A stretch of DNA of 64,000 nt, taken from NCBI GenBank assembly GCA_015064625.1, contig SVRW01000002.1:47987-111986 (forward strand). The letters run 5' to 3'. Below are positions 9,957 to 20,659 of this stretch, piece by piece (the stretch's first letter is position 1; each line of letters opens with the position of its first letter). The notes under the pieces were generated by a model. It saw nothing but the letters and a program-made list of their open reading frames with translations, ran no database searches and was not told the DNA's origin. Both the position numbers and the translations under genes were made by a program. This stretch comes from Oscillospiraceae bacterium (GTDB taxonomy: Bacteria > Bacillota > Clostridia > Oscillospirales > CAG-382).

Positions 9957-12515
9957 TTATTCAGCATCTGCAATTTTTTTCAGCTCGTAAACTAATCCAA
10001 TTGCTTCAATAGGGGTCAAAGTATTTATATCCGTAGCTTTCAGCTTTGATACTATTTCGTCGTTGGATAAACTGTCAAATGAATAATTCGCTTCTTCTGT
10101 TTTTGGTACAGGAATTGCAACACGAGTGCCTTCTGCGGCTTTCAGATGCTTTTTGGCTGAATTTATTACTTCCTTCGGAAGTCCTGCAAGGCTTCCTACT
10201 TCAATACCGTAACTGCTTGCTGTAGGACCTTTTACGATTTTACGCAAAAACTGTATGGAATCATCCTTCTTTTTTGCGGCAACGTTGAGATTTATAACAC
10301 CATCCACAAGAGCTTCCATGTCCGTAAGCTCGTGATAATGGGTTGCAAACAAGGTTTTTGCCTTGATGTTCTTGACCGTGTACTCTGCAACGGCACGTGC
10401 AATGCTCATACCGTCATAGGTGGAAGTTCCTCTGCCGATTTCATCATATATGATAAAGCTTCTTTCCGTTGCATTTTTGAGAATATATGATACTTCGTTC
10501 ATTTCAACCATAAAGGTGGAATTACCTGAAGCAAGGTCGTCGGATGCGCCAACTCTTGCAAAAATCTTATCAGCAACACCTATTCTCGCTTTTGTTGCAG
10601 GAACGAAGGATCCTATTTGAGCTAAAATTATAATCAATGCATTCTGACGCATATACGTGGATTTACCTGCCATATTAGGCCCTGTAATAATGGCAAGACG
10701 GGATGCGGAAGTCAGATTGCAGTCATTCGGTACGAAATACGTATCTTTTCTTGCCGCTTCAACAACAGGGTGTCTGCCGTTTTCTATATGAAGTACTCCT
10801 GAATAATCCACTTCAGGCTCAACGTAGTTGTTTTCTACAGCGCATTTTGCGAAGGAGCAAATAACGTCAAGAATTGCAAGATTGTCGCAGGTTTTCTGAA
10901 TGCGTCCGCTCTGGTCGAGAATAACGGTTCTGATTTTGGAGAAAATTTCGTATTCCAAAGCCGCATCTCTGTCCTTTGCGGAAAGAACTCTGCCTTCCAT
11001 ATCCTTAAGCTGTTCCGTTATGAATCTTTCTCCGTTTGTGAGCGTCTGACGGCGGATGTAATCATCGGGAACCATATTGAGGAATGAGTTTGAAACCTCT
11101 ATGTAATATCCGAATACCTTGTTATAACCCACTTTGAGCGTACGGATACCCGTACGTTCTTTTTCCTTTGCTTCGATTTTTGAAATCCAGCCTTTTCCGT
11201 CTCTTATAATCTCTCTCAATTCGTCAACGTCTGCATTTGAACCGTCTTTTATAATTTCTCCTTCTCGGAGAGAGAAGGGAGGCTTTTCGGCAATGTTCTG
11301 GTCTATCAACGTGCAGATGTCACCGAGGGTGTCAAGGTTTTCATATATTTCGGAAATCAAAGGCGATTTGAAATTTTCAATACCGCTTTTGATATCGGGA
11401 AGTGAACGGAGCGCACTCTCCAAAGCTCTTAAGTCTCTTGCGTTTGCACTTCCAAAAACGAGACGGGTCATAAGACGTTCTATATCGACTATATTTTTCA
11501 ATTCCGAAGAAAGCTCTCGTCTTGTTATATCAGAAGCAACAAGCTCACGAACGCCTTCAAGCCTTTTCTGGATAACGGAACAGTTCATAGATGGCTTGTC
11601 CAAAAACTTTTTCAGAAGTCTTGCGCCCATAGCGGTTGAGGTTTTGTCTATCGCCCAAAGGAGAGAACCTTTTTTGTCACCCGTTCTCATAGATTCGGAT
11701 ATTTCAAGGCTTCTTCTGGTATTGGCATCCATCTGAAGAAAAGCTTCCTTATCGTAGAAATTCAGCTTGTTCATGTATGACATATCCTGCTTCTGCGTTC
11801 TGATAAGATATGACATCAAGCCTGCAACAGCCTTTACTGCGACAGAGGATTGTTCTGATATTTCAGGGAAACGACGGTATAAAGCCGCCATGGTTTTATC
11901 GTTGTCAAAATCGTTTTTTGATTCAGTTATGAGAGATTTGAATTTCGAAGTGAAATATTCACGTGTACTTTCCGAAAGCTTTTCGGAAACTATAAGCTCC
12001 GCAGGGGAGAATGCTGCGCCTTCTGCCGTGATAAAATCATCGGTGTTGCTACCTGTGTAATCAGTTGCAGAAAGCTCTCCTGTTGATATATCTGCAAAAG
12101 CTATTCCAACCTTTCCGCTTTCAAAATAAATAGAACAAAGATAGTTGTTTTTCGTGTCTTTAAGGAATCCGCCTTCCGTTACAGTACCTGGAGTTATAAC
12201 CCTGACCACGTCACGCTTGACAATTCCTTTCGTAGCCTTTGGGTCTTCAAGCTGTTCGCATATGGCAACCTTGTAGCCCTTCGATATAAGACGGGTTATG
12301 TAGCCTTCTGCACTGTGGAAAGGCACACCGCACATTGGCGCCCTCTCGTTGGCACCGCAGTTTCTCCCTGTAAGCGCAAGCTCCAGCTCTCTTGAAGCCG
12401 TTTCCGCATCCTCGAAAAACATCTCGTAAAAATCTCCGAGACGAAACATAAGAATACAGTCGGTGTAATTCGCTTTTATTTCTTTGTATTGATCAATCAT
12501 GGGAGAACCTGCCAT
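9957..12515 (-). CDS. mutS: DNA mismatch repair protein MutS
   Basis: TPMIDQY-type N-terminus, FYEMFFEDA, Walker A GPNMAGKST, and full-length similarity to the MutS family. Confidence 0.95.
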   Translation of the reverse strand: MAGSPMIDQYKEIKANYTDCILMFRLGDFYEMFFEDAETASRELELALTGRNCGANERAPMCGVPFHSAEGYITRLISKGYKVAICEQLEDPKATKGIVKRDVVRVITPGTVTEGGFLKDTKNNYLCSIYFESGKVGIAFADISTGELSATDYTGSNTDDFITAEGAAFSPAELIVSEKLSESTREYFTSKFKSLITESKNDFDNDKTMAALYRRFPEISEQSSVAVKAVAGLMSYLIRTQKQDMSYMNKLNFYDKEAFLQMDANTRRSLEISESMRTGDKKGSLLWAIDKTSTAMGARLLKKFLDKPSMNCSVIQKRLEGVRELVASDITRRELSSELKNIVDIERLMTRLVFGSANARDLRALESALRSLPDIKSGIENFKSPLISEIYENLDTLGDICTLIDQNIAEKPPFSLREGEIIKDGSNADVDELREIIRDGKGWISKIEAKEKERTGIRTLKVGYNKVFGYYIEVSNSFLNMVPDDYIRRQTLTNGERFITEQLKDMEGRVLSAKDRDAALEYEIFSKIRTVILDQSGRIQKTCDNLAILDVICSFAKCAVENNYVEPEVDYSGVLHIENGRHPVVEAARKDTYFVPNDCNLTSASRLAIITGPNMAGKSTYMRQNALIIILAQIGSFVPATKARIGVADKIFARVGASDDLASGNSTFMVEMNEVSYILKNATERSFIIYDEIGRGTSTYDGMSIARAVAEYTVKNIKAKTLFATHYHELTDMEALVDGVINLNVAAKKKDDSIQFLRKIVKGPTASSYGIEVGSLAGLPKEVINSAKKHLKAAEGTRVAIPVPKTEEANYSFDSLSNDEIVSKLKATDINTLTPIEAIGLVYELKKIADAE

Positions 12516-12579
12516 AATACCCTCCGAAAAAACATAAAATTACATTTTAATTATAACCCCTGAAGCTTTTTTTGTCAAT

Positions 12580-12627
12580 AAAAAATATAAAAAGGTCTGT
12601 AAAAAAACAAAGATTTTTTTACAGACC
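12580..12627 (-). terminator. Rho-independent terminator downstream of nagB
   Basis: Perfect 14-bp stem: GGTCTGTAAAAAAA (12594-12607) pairs with TTTTTTTACAGACC (12614-12627). A U-run follows on the minus strand. Confidence 0.7.
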
Positions 12628-12656
12628 CGATTGATTACAGATGCAAAATGTTTATA

Positions 12657-13379
12657 TTATTTTATAAGCTCTGCGGCTTCTTCGTCGATATAAAATTCGA
12701 CGTCAGGATGAAGCTGGAGGACAGATGCAGGAACGTCAGGAGTTACGTCACCGTAAATAGTTTTCTTTACGATTTCAGCTTTTGCTTTGCCGAGAGCAAT
12801 AATGATGATGCTTTTTGCATTCATAACGGTTTTAATGCCCATGGTTACTGCATGTGTGGGAACGTCGTCAATGGAGGCAAAGAAACGTTTGTTTGCTTCT
12901 CTTGTGGATTCTGTAAGCTCAACCATATGTGTGCTTGAGCCGAAAGGAGTTCCAGGCTCGTTGAATCCGATGTGACCGTTGTTTCCGATGCCGAGAAGTT
13001 GAATATCTATTCCGCCTGCGGCTTCAATTGCCTTGTCGTATGCGGCTGCTGTTTCAGCAGACGTATCAAGACCAGAGGGAACGTTTGTTTTAGATACGTC
13101 TATATCAACCTTTGAGAAAAGGTTTGTGTTCATGAAATAACGGTAAGACTGGTCGTGAGAGCCGTCAAGACCTACGTATTCGTCGAGGTTGAAGGTTGTA
13201 ACGTCTTTGAAGGAAATTTTGCCTTCTTTGTTGAGCTTTACCAGCTCGCCGTAAAGGTCTAAAGGAGTTGAACCTGTAGCGTAGCCCAAAATTGCATCAG
13301 GCTTTTTTGAAAGAAGCTCAACGTATCTGAGGGCTGCTTTCTTTGCAATGTTTTCTCTTGAATCGATGATTATTTTCAT
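12657..13379 (-). CDS. nagB: Glucosamine-6-phosphate deaminase
   Basis: LGIGNNGHIGFNEPG motif. 240 aa. GGAGG RBS. Confidence 0.9.
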   Translation of the reverse strand: MKIIIDSRENIAKKAALRYVELLSKKPDAILGYATGSTPLDLYGELVKLNKEGKISFKDVTTFNLDEYVGLDGSHDQSYRYFMNTNLFSKVDIDVSKTNVPSGLDTSAETAAAYDKAIEAAGGIDIQLLGIGNNGHIGFNEPGTPFGSSTHMVELTESTREANKRFFASIDDVPTHAVTMGIKTVMNAKSIIIIALGKAKAEIVKKTIYGDVTPDVPASVLQLHPDVEFYIDEEAAELIK

Positions 13380-13528
13380 ATCTGTCCTCCGAAAATATAT
13401 TTTGATGTATAATAACTTTAATATTTTGTATGAGCGAAAAGTTTGTTTTCACCCCTTTATTTTACGCATTATATGATATCATGGGCGTTAATTTTTGTCA
13501 AGGACTTTTTACCTTTTCAAAAAAACTA

Positions 13529-13556
13529 TTGACATATTTGAATTTTGCTGTAAAAT
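13529..13556 (+). promoter_or_regulatory. Sigma-A-like promoter
   Basis: TTGACA (13529-13534), 16-bp spacer, TAAAAT (13551-13556). Confidence 0.45.
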
Positions 13557-13583
13557 GTAATTATTATAAGGGGGTGTATTACC

Positions 13584-14390
13584 TTGAATGAAACCCAACA
13601 ATATTCCGACTTCCATTTACATACAGAATATTCCTTTGACAGCAAGGAAAAGCTGGAAAACGTGTGTGCATTTGCCATAGAAAAAGGACTTTCTGCCATA
13701 GCCGTTACAAATCATTATGACCACGACGGTATTGAGGAAGGACTGTACGAAGAATATTTTTTTGAGCGTGATGCGGAAAATATACTTTATGCCAAGGAAA
13801 AATATAAGGATAGATTGCAAATCTTTATGGGCTTGGAGATAGGTCAGCCCCATACGATGAATGACAAAAAGCTTTCGAAAATAGAAGGTATGGAATATGA
13901 GTTTATAATCGGGTCTTTGCATAATTTGAAGAATTGTTTTGATTTCTATTATCTTGATTATAAAAGAACAACTCCCCTTTATGACAGAGCAATATATAAA
14001 AAATACCTGTTTGAGCTTATGGAAATTGCGGATTTGGGATTTATTGATACAATAGGACATATAACGTACCCCGAAAGATATATGAAAGAATGTGGAAAAG
14101 AATTCGTTTATTCGGAATTTGAAGATGAATTTTTTGTTCTCTTTGAAAAAATGGTGAAAAATGGAATCGCTCTGGAAATAAATACGTCAGGACTCAGACA
14201 AGGGCTTTGTCATACCATGCCGAAAACTGATATATTGACCTTGTACAGAAAAGCAGGCGGCGAAAAGGTTACTGTCGGGTCAGACGCTCATTGTGCCTTA
14301 CAGGTTGGAGAAGGGGTAAAAGAAACCTTTGAAAAAATACGTGAATTGGGATTTTTACATATTAACGAAATAAGGAGAAAAACGAAATGA
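13584..14390 (+). CDS. PHP-family histidinol-phosphatase (HisJ/HisK-like)
   Basis: N-terminal DFHLHTEYSFDS metal-binding motif. Later GHITYPE and GSDAH motifs. TTG start after AAGGGGG. Confidence 0.75.
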   Translation: MNETQQYSDFHLHTEYSFDSKEKLENVCAFAIEKGLSAIAVTNHYDHDGIEEGLYEEYFFERDAENILYAKEKYKDRLQIFMGLEIGQPHTMNDKKLSKIEGMEYEFIIGSLHNLKNCFDFYYLDYKRTTPLYDRAIYKKYLFELMEIADLGFIDTIGHITYPERYMKECGKEFVYSEFEDEFFVLFEKMVKNGIALEINTSGLRQGLCHTMPKTDILTLYRKAGGEKVTVGSDAHCALQVGEGVKETFEKIRELGFLHINEIRRKTK

Positions 14391-14866
14391 AAGAATTACT
14401 TGAGCTTTTGGAAAATGAAGGAAATCTGAATCATGAACAGCTTGCCTCCATGCTTGACACTACTCCTGAAATTGTAAGAAAAGAGATTGCAGAATATGAA
14501 TCCGAAGGGATAATTTTAGGATATAAAACCCTTATAGATTGGGATAAAGCGGGAAAAGAATACGTCAGCGCATTTATTGAGCTTAAAGTTTCTCCTCAGA
14601 TAGATGAGGGCTTTGATGCTATAGCTGCCCGTATTTACGAATATCCCGAGGTAAAAAGTGTTTACCTTATGTCTTCTGCCAAGTATGATTTGCTTTTGAA
14701 TATTGAAGGACGCACCTTCAGAGACGTGGCGTACTTTGTTTCTTATAAGCTTGCTCCCCTTGAGAATATTGTATCAACCGCAACCCATTTTGTGCTGAAA
14801 AAATACAAGGATAAGGGAACAGTTTTCGGAAATGAATCGAGAGATGAGCGGGAGAATATAATCTGA
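14387..14866 (+). CDS. Lrp/AsnC family transcriptional regulator
   Basis: N-terminal HTH (LLELLENEGNLNHEQLASMLDTTPEIVRKEIAEYE) plus a C-terminal RAM-like domain. Start overlaps the upstream stop. Confidence 0.8.
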   Translation: MKELLELLENEGNLNHEQLASMLDTTPEIVRKEIAEYESEGIILGYKTLIDWDKAGKEYVSAFIELKVSPQIDEGFDAIAARIYEYPEVKSVYLMSSAKYDLLLNIEGRTFRDVAYFVSYKLAPLENIVSTATHFVLKKYKDKGTVFGNESRDERENII

Positions 14867-16032
14867 TGGATTACACGAAATTATTATCTTCCAAGGCTTG
14901 CGGTATACAACCTTCGGGAATTAGAAAATTTTTCGATCTGCTTGACGGCAGAAAAGACGTTGTTGCGCTTACAGTTGGTCAGCCCGACTTCAAAACTCCT
15001 TGGCATATAAGAGAAGCGGGTATAGACAGCTTGACAAAAGGTAAAACATATTATACTGCAAATAGCGGTATGATGAGCCTTCGAAACGAAATATCTGAAT
15101 ATCTCAACCGCAGATTTTCCCTTTCGTATAACGCTGAAAAGGAAATAATCGTTACTGTTGGCGGAAGTGAAGCTATTGATATAGCGGTACGCGCTATGGT
15201 TGACGTGGGGGATGAGGTTATTATCCCGACTCCAAGCTTCGTTTGTTATGAGCCTATAGTTTCTCTTGCAGGCGGTGTTCCCGTTATTATGGAAACAAAA
15301 AGAGAGGACGATTTCAAAATAAATGCGGAAACGCTGAAAAGTCTTATTACCAATAAGACAAAGCTTTTGATATTGCCTTTTCCTAATAATCCTACGGGAG
15401 CTGTCCTTGACAGGGAAAACCTTGAAGAAATAGCTTCAGTTTTGCGTGATACAAATATAGCCGTACTGTCAGACGAGATATATGCTGAATTGACGTATGA
15501 CCATGTTCATGAGTCTATTGCTTCAATAGAAGGCATGAGAGAACGAACCGTTATTGCAAGCGGATTTTCAAAGGCTTATGCTATGACGGGATGGAGAATG
15601 GGATATTGCGTTGCTCCTGCTCCTATAACAGAGCAAATGTATAAAATACATCAATACGCCATAATGTGCGCTCCCACAGTTAGTCAGTATGCATCCGTTG
15701 AAGCTTTGAAAAACGGTGACGCTGATATAGAAATGATGAAGCGTGAATATAACAGAAGACGCAAATATATCATAAGCGGACTGAGAAATATTGGTATTGA
15801 TTGCTTTGAAGCAAAAGGTGCATTTTACGTTTTTCCCAAAATAGGCGATTTCGGAATGAGCAGTGATGAGTTTTGTGAAAGACTTTTAAATGAAAATGGC
15901 GTTGCTATAGTTCCTGGAACGGCTTTTGGAAAAGGCGGAGAAGGCTTTGCAAGAATTTCATACGCTTATTCTGTAAACCATATAGCAGAGGCTTTGGAAC
16001 GTATAGAGGAATTTATCAAGGACAAGAGGTAG
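14866..16032 (+). CDS. Class I/II PLP-dependent aminotransferase
   Basis: SGFSKAYAMTGWRMGY (PLP lysine) and NPTG motif. Translationally coupled to the Lrp gene. Confidence 0.85.
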   Translation: MDYTKLLSSKACGIQPSGIRKFFDLLDGRKDVVALTVGQPDFKTPWHIREAGIDSLTKGKTYYTANSGMMSLRNEISEYLNRRFSLSYNAEKEIIVTVGGSEAIDIAVRAMVDVGDEVIIPTPSFVCYEPIVSLAGGVPVIMETKREDDFKINAETLKSLITNKTKLLILPFPNNPTGAVLDRENLEEIASVLRDTNIAVLSDEIYAELTYDHVHESIASIEGMRERTVIASGFSKAYAMTGWRMGYCVAPAPITEQMYKIHQYAIMCAPTVSQYASVEALKNGDADIEMMKREYNRRRKYIISGLRNIGIDCFEAKGAFYVFPKIGDFGMSSDEFCERLLNENGVAIVPGTAFGKGGEGFARISYAYSVNHIAEALERIEEFIKDKR

Positions 16033-16035
16033 AAG

Positions 16036-16851
16036 ATGAAAAACGCAAAAGAAAAAATATGTTTTATAGGCGGAGGAAATATGGGCGAGGCTATTATAAA
16101 AGGTCTTGTTCATGGGAAGCTTTGCCTTGGAGAAAATATATTTCTTTATGAAATAGACGAGAAAAAACGCGAAAATTTCAAAAAGACGGGTATCAATATC
16201 GTAAAGACGGCAACTGAAGGAATAAAGCCTGCGGATTTTGTGCTTCTCGCCTTGAAGCCCGCGGTTATAAGAGGCTTTCTTGAAGAAAATAAAGAGGCAT
16301 TGTCGGGGAAAATAATTATTTCTATAGCCGCTTCTCTGCCTATAAGCTTAATCTGTGAGGTTTTAGGAGAAGATACGCCTGCAATCCGTATAATGCCGAA
16401 TACGCCTATGCTTGTAGGAAAAGGTGCTGCGGCTATTTCTTCCAACGAAAACGTTTCCAAAAAGGATTTTCAGTATATATGCAGACTCTTTTCGGGAATC
16501 TCCTTGATGAGTGTTCTTGATGAAGAACAGATGAACAGAGTAATATCTGTCAACGGTTCTTCTCCTGCTTACGTATATGCTTTCATAAGAGCTATGCTTA
16601 AAGGGGCAGAGGAACAGGGGATAAATGAAAAGCAAGCTCTTCCTCTCATATTGAGAACTATAGAAGGCGCTGTGAAAATGGTGGAGAAATCCGACGTTCC
16701 CATCGATACGCTTATCAGCCGTGTTTGTTCCCCTGGGGGAACAACGTTGGCTGCTATGAAGGTGCTTGACGAGAAAGGGTTTGAAGATTCCGTCACAGCC
16801 GCTATGACTGCCTGCACAGCACGTGCGGATGAAATAACCGATAGCTTGTAA
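16036..16851 (+). CDS. proC: Pyrroline-5-carboxylate reductase
   Basis: FIGGGNMGEAII Rossmann motif and C-terminal SPGGTT motif. Confidence 0.9.
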   Translation: MKNAKEKICFIGGGNMGEAIIKGLVHGKLCLGENIFLYEIDEKKRENFKKTGINIVKTATEGIKPADFVLLALKPAVIRGFLEENKEALSGKIIISIAASLPISLICEVLGEDTPAIRIMPNTPMLVGKGAAAISSNENVSKKDFQYICRLFSGISLMSVLDEEQMNRVISVNGSSPAYVYAFIRAMLKGAEEQGINEKQALPLILRTIEGAVKMVEKSDVPIDTLISRVCSPGGTTLAAMKVLDEKGFEDSVTAAMTACTARADEITDSL

Positions 16852-16900
16852 TATATTTTACGTTCTTTGAATATACATCTCCTTGGAGGGATGGTATATT

Positions 16901-17527
16901 ATGAATGAAACGACTAAAAATGACCGTATAAAAGCGCTCGTTCCCATGCTTGACAAAGGGGAAAAGGAAGTTTATTCCGAAGAAGGTGCAGAAGTACGTT
17001 ATCGCAAGAAATCAAAAGAGCATATACTTTATATCAGATTGTATCTTTTTTTCTTCTTCCTTGGAGCTTGTATTTTTGCCTCGAAAAAATGGGGCAGTGA
17101 GGAGCTTTCCTCGGGAATATTGAATTACGTTCTTTCCTTGCCTTCAAGCTTCCCTGATTTTTGTGTGAAATTTGCGCCTGTTGTTTTTGGCTCTTTTCTC
17201 ATTTATGCTTCAGGCTTTACTATGTATGCTCCGCTTTTTACTGTTATATATTCATCGGTGCTTTTTCTGTTTTGCGGACTCGCCTCGGGAAGTCTTGTTT
17301 TTTCTTTCGGGCTTTCTTTGAAAAGCGTATCAGCAATATTGCTTTTCGGTCTTGTATGTGGGATATGTATATTATTCTGCACAGTTACAAAGGGAATAAG
17401 TAAAATAGCCTGCTTTGGAATAGAAAAGCTGACGGTGTCAGACGGTATGTTTTATTCCGCTTTATATATTGTAACTGTTTGCGTACAGTATTATATCATA
17501 AAAGGTATATGTGCTCTTATAGGATAA
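16901..17527 (+). CDS. Polytopic membrane protein, function unknown
   Basis: Several hydrophobic helices. GGAGGG RBS before ATG 16901; the TTG at 16883 lies inside the RBS. Confidence 0.6.
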   Translation: MNETTKNDRIKALVPMLDKGEKEVYSEEGAEVRYRKKSKEHILYIRLYLFFFFLGACIFASKKWGSEELSSGILNYVLSLPSSFPDFCVKFAPVVFGSFLIYASGFTMYAPLFTVIYSSVLFLFCGLASGSLVFSFGLSLKSVSAILLFGLVCGICILFCTVTKGISKIACFGIEKLTVSDGMFYSALYIVTVCVQYYIIKGICALIG

Positions 17528-17623
17528 ACACATAATGTTCTTTAATTTAATTTTTTGTCCCTTTTTTGTTGTATTTCCTTGAAAGATATGTTGCAAAGTA
17601 AAAAAACAGTTACATTTATATAG

Positions 17624-17652
17624 TTGACATTGGTAAAAAAATATGATACAAT
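17624..17652 (+). promoter_or_regulatory. Sigma-A-like promoter with extended -10
   Basis: TTGACA (17624-17629), 17-bp spacer, TGaTACAAT (17644-17652). Confidence 0.55.
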
Positions 17653-17710
17653 TAAAATTCGGTATGATTTTACATTTGTATTTTTGACGTGTAAATAAGA
17701 GGTATAAAAA

Positions 17711-18709
17711 TTGGGAAAATTGTTTGACTTTTTCTCCCCGACTAAAAATAGAAAAGACGAGGGGATAAAGAAAAAAGACCGAATAGTAGATGAAAAATTT
17801 TCCACCAAGTCTTTTTTCAAGCTTCTGAAAAACAGAATTATGAGTCTTTTGACCCTTAACGTTATTTTGACCTTGTTCCTCATTCCCATAATAACGTTTT
17901 TCATGGGCGTTTCGGGTTCGTTTTCTTATTATGACAGAACTCCTGAAAGTAACGTTTTTCTTGTTATGAACGGGATTTCGCACTATGAGGAAGGCGCATA
18001 TATGAACGTGCTTCTCAACGTTTTCGGAGATACGGGTCTTATTTCCAGAAACTCTGTTGCAACCGTGTGGCTTGAACGTTCCATCGTGTTGGAATTCTTG
18101 CTTTTCGGGATGGCAAACGTTGGTTTTGCATATGTTTTAAGGGAAACCGTTCGCTGTAATCCTGTTTTTATATTCAGTGATTTTTTCAGAACCATAAAGA
18201 AAAATATAAAGCAAGCGTTATTGTTCGGTATACTTGATTTTGGCGCAATATTGATACTTATATACGATATTTACGCTTATAATATGAATTCATCCGAATG
18301 GATGTATTTGATGTTTTTCTACCTTTCTATTCTGATGATAGTTATATATTTCATTATGAGAACGTATATCTATCAGATGATGATAACCTTTGATTTACCC
18401 GTTAAAAAGCTGGTAAAGAACGCTTTTTTGTTCACGTTTATCGGTCTGAAACGAAATTTGGCAGGGCTTCTCGGTGTGGCGTTGGTTGTTATTCTCAATT
18501 ATCTTCTTATGAACGTGACGTTCACCTTCTCCGTGTCCCTTATTTTACCATTCGTTCTGACTATAAGCGTTTGCGGACTTATATCCGTTTACTGTGCATA
18601 CCCACAAATTAAAAAACACATGATAGATCCTTATTATGAAAGCATCGGAAAAACCGAGGATGATGAAGACGAGGATGATGAAGAACCCGTTTTCGTTGAT
18701 CAGGGCTGA
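17711..18709 (+). CDS. Membrane protein, YesL/DUF624-like; acidic C-terminal tail
   Basis: TM-rich. The N-terminal region resembles DUF624. C-terminal EDDEDEDDEE tail. TTG start 8 nt after AAGAGG. Confidence 0.45.
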   Translation: MGKLFDFFSPTKNRKDEGIKKKDRIVDEKFSTKSFFKLLKNRIMSLLTLNVILTLFLIPIITFFMGVSGSFSYYDRTPESNVFLVMNGISHYEEGAYMNVLLNVFGDTGLISRNSVATVWLERSIVLEFLLFGMANVGFAYVLRETVRCNPVFIFSDFFRTIKKNIKQALLFGILDFGAILILIYDIYAYNMNSSEWMYLMFFYLSILMIVIYFIMRTYIYQMMITFDLPVKKLVKNAFLFTFIGLKRNLAGLLGVALVVILNYLLMNVTFTFSVSLILPFVLTISVCGLISVYCAYPQIKKHMIDPYYESIGKTEDDEDEDDEEPVFVDQG

Positions 18710-18753
18710 TTTGAAAAATAAGGACAATAATATTGAAAGGCATTTTGCGTTTT

Positions 18754-19998
18754 ATGGAAGATTTTGTAGCATTGAAGAATAAATACGAAGAGATAAAAGG
18801 AAAGAAGCTTTGTCTTGATATGTCAAGAGGAAAACCCGCTTCCGCACAGCTTGATACGGTTGAAGGTATTCTGACTAATATAAAATCAGGGGATGAATGC
18901 ATTCTTTCTTCAGGTCTTGACTGTCGAAATTACGGTGGAGTGGACGGATTGCCACAGATTAAAGCTCTTTTTGCGTCCATCCTTGAGGTTGATGAAAAAG
19001 AATTGATTATAAGCGGAAACTCAAGCCTTAATATAATGTTTGATACTGTAGCAAGAGCTATGATTTTCGGAACCTATGAAGGAGCAACACCTTGGGGAAA
19101 AGCAGGTGAGATATCTTTCCTTTGCCCTGTGCCTGGGTATGATAGACATTTTGCAATTTGCGAAACCTTCGGAATAAAAATGATAAACGTGCCTTATAAG
19201 GCAGACGGACCAGATATGGATTTCATAGAGAATGCCGTATCAAATGATGAAAGCATAAAGGGAATATGGTGCGTTCCAAAGTATTCAAACCCTACGGGAA
19301 TAACGTATTCTGACGATGTTGTCCGCCGCTTTGCAGCCTTGAAGCCGAAGGCTGAGGATTTCAGAGTTTTCTGGGATAATGCATACGTTGTTCATGATCT
19401 TTTTGACGGTGGGGAAAAGCTTCTCAACGTGCTTGAGGAGGCAAAGAAGGTTGGAAATGAGGATATGTTCTACATATTCGCTTCCACGTCCAAAATATCC
19501 TTGGCAGGTGCTGGTATTTCTGCTTTTGCGTCTTCAAAGAAAAATATTGAACACGCTCTATCAAAAATTAAATTCCAGACAATAGGTCCTGATAAGATAA
19601 ATCAGCTCAGACATGCAAAGCTTTATCCTGACATAGACGCTGTTCGCGATCAGATGGAAAAGCATGCACAGATAATAAGACCAAAATTCGAAGCTGTTCT
19701 TGAAGCCTTCGATAAAGAGCTTTCCGACGTGGAAGGTGTTTGGTGGTCGAAACCGAAGGGCGGTTATTTCATAAGCCTCAATCTTCCAAAAGGAAAAGCT
19801 AAATTGGCGGTTTCCATGGCAAAGGAAGCGGGACTTGTTCTGACTTCTGCAGGAGCTTCCTTCCCATACGGCGTTGACCCCGATGATTCAAATATAAGAA
19901 TCGCTCCTACTTTCCCAACTCTCCCCGAACTTAATAAGGCTTTGGATTTGCTTTGTACGGTAATTAAGCTTGTTTGCCATAAAGATTATGAGAACTGA
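18754..19998 (+). CDS. PLP-dependent aminotransferase (class I/II fold)
   Basis: LDMSRGKP near the N-terminus, SNPTG, and ASTSKISLAGAG (PLP lysine). The ORF opens at TTG 18733; ATG 18754 is preferred. Confidence 0.75.
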   Translation: MEDFVALKNKYEEIKGKKLCLDMSRGKPASAQLDTVEGILTNIKSGDECILSSGLDCRNYGGVDGLPQIKALFASILEVDEKELIISGNSSLNIMFDTVARAMIFGTYEGATPWGKAGEISFLCPVPGYDRHFAICETFGIKMINVPYKADGPDMDFIENAVSNDESIKGIWCVPKYSNPTGITYSDDVVRRFAALKPKAEDFRVFWDNAYVVHDLFDGGEKLLNVLEEAKKVGNEDMFYIFASTSKISLAGAGISAFASSKKNIEHALSKIKFQTIGPDKINQLRHAKLYPDIDAVRDQMEKHAQIIRPKFEAVLEAFDKELSDVEGVWWSKPKGGYFISLNLPKGKAKLAVSMAKEAGLVLTSAGASFPYGVDPDDSNIRIAPTFPTLPELNKALDLLCTVIKLVCHKDYEN

Positions 19999-20587
19999 AA
20001 AGCTTAAGAAAGTAAAAAAAATCCTGATTGCCGTTCTCATTTTATTAGCGGTTTTATTGGTAGTTTTCATCGTTCTGAAGCTTTTTTCGCCCAAGGTGAG
20101 CTTTACGGAAAAACGGGACGATATATTTTATTTTCCCGTGGATTATAACGAAAACGCTTATGACGATATCGTTTATATGAGCAAAAACCGTGAGGTGAAG
20201 TTCGATTATTACGGAACGTCTGTGTATATAAACGAGGATAATCTGAAGGAACAATCTCCCGAAGCAAAGTTTTTTTACGATTATATACAGACGGTAATTA
20301 AGGGAGATGCGGAAAAACACAAAAGCTTTTTTCTGAAAAGCTTTTTTGCAAACCATTCAATTCCGAATAAATTCACAATGCAGAAAATATACGATGTGGA
20401 AATTTCTGCAATGACATCCGACGTTAAGGATGGTTTTTCCTATGAAACTTATAAGGTGAGTTATAAAATACAGGAAAACAACGGAACTTTCAGAGCTGAT
20501 GTATCAAGTAACGAAGCCAAACCTGTCGCCATAACTGTGCAGAAGGGTAGGGAGCTTAAAATCAGTTCTATTATACCTATATTATAA
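19988..20587 (+). CDS. Hypothetical N-terminally membrane-anchored protein
   Basis: MRTEKLKKVKKILIAVLILLAVLLVVFIV anchor. The ATG overlaps the upstream stop. Confidence 0.55.
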   Translation: MRTEKLKKVKKILIAVLILLAVLLVVFIVLKLFSPKVSFTEKRDDIFYFPVDYNENAYDDIVYMSKNREVKFDYYGTSVYINEDNLKEQSPEAKFFYDYIQTVIKGDAEKHKSFFLKSFFANHSIPNKFTMQKIYDVEISAMTSDVKDGFSYETYKVSYKIQENNGTFRADVSSNEAKPVAITVQKGRELKISSIIPIL

Positions 20588-20604
20588 GAGTTTATATTTT
20601 TAGG

Positions 20605-20630
20605 AAACGGCGTTTTTCGCCGTTTTCATC
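20605..20630 (+). terminator. Rho-independent terminator
   Basis: AAACGGCG (20605-20612) pairs with CGCCGTTT (20618-20625), followed by a T-run. Confidence 0.7.
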
Positions 20631-20659
20631 ATATTATTTGTTTTGTTTCGGGTGACTTT

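Noticed and set aside
11134-11736. 200-aa plus-strand ORF, with others at 9586-9990, 10420-10620 and 11767-12060
   Set aside because: They lie antisense inside mutS and mutL, have Ser/Ile/Phe-rich low-complexity translations and no RBS. These are shadow ORFs.
17462-17983. 173-aa and 120-aa minus-strand ORFs in the 17.5-18.0 kb region
   Set aside because: They span an AT-rich intergenic region and the 5' end of the plus-strand membrane-protein gene. They have Lys/Phe/Asn-rich composition and no RBS.
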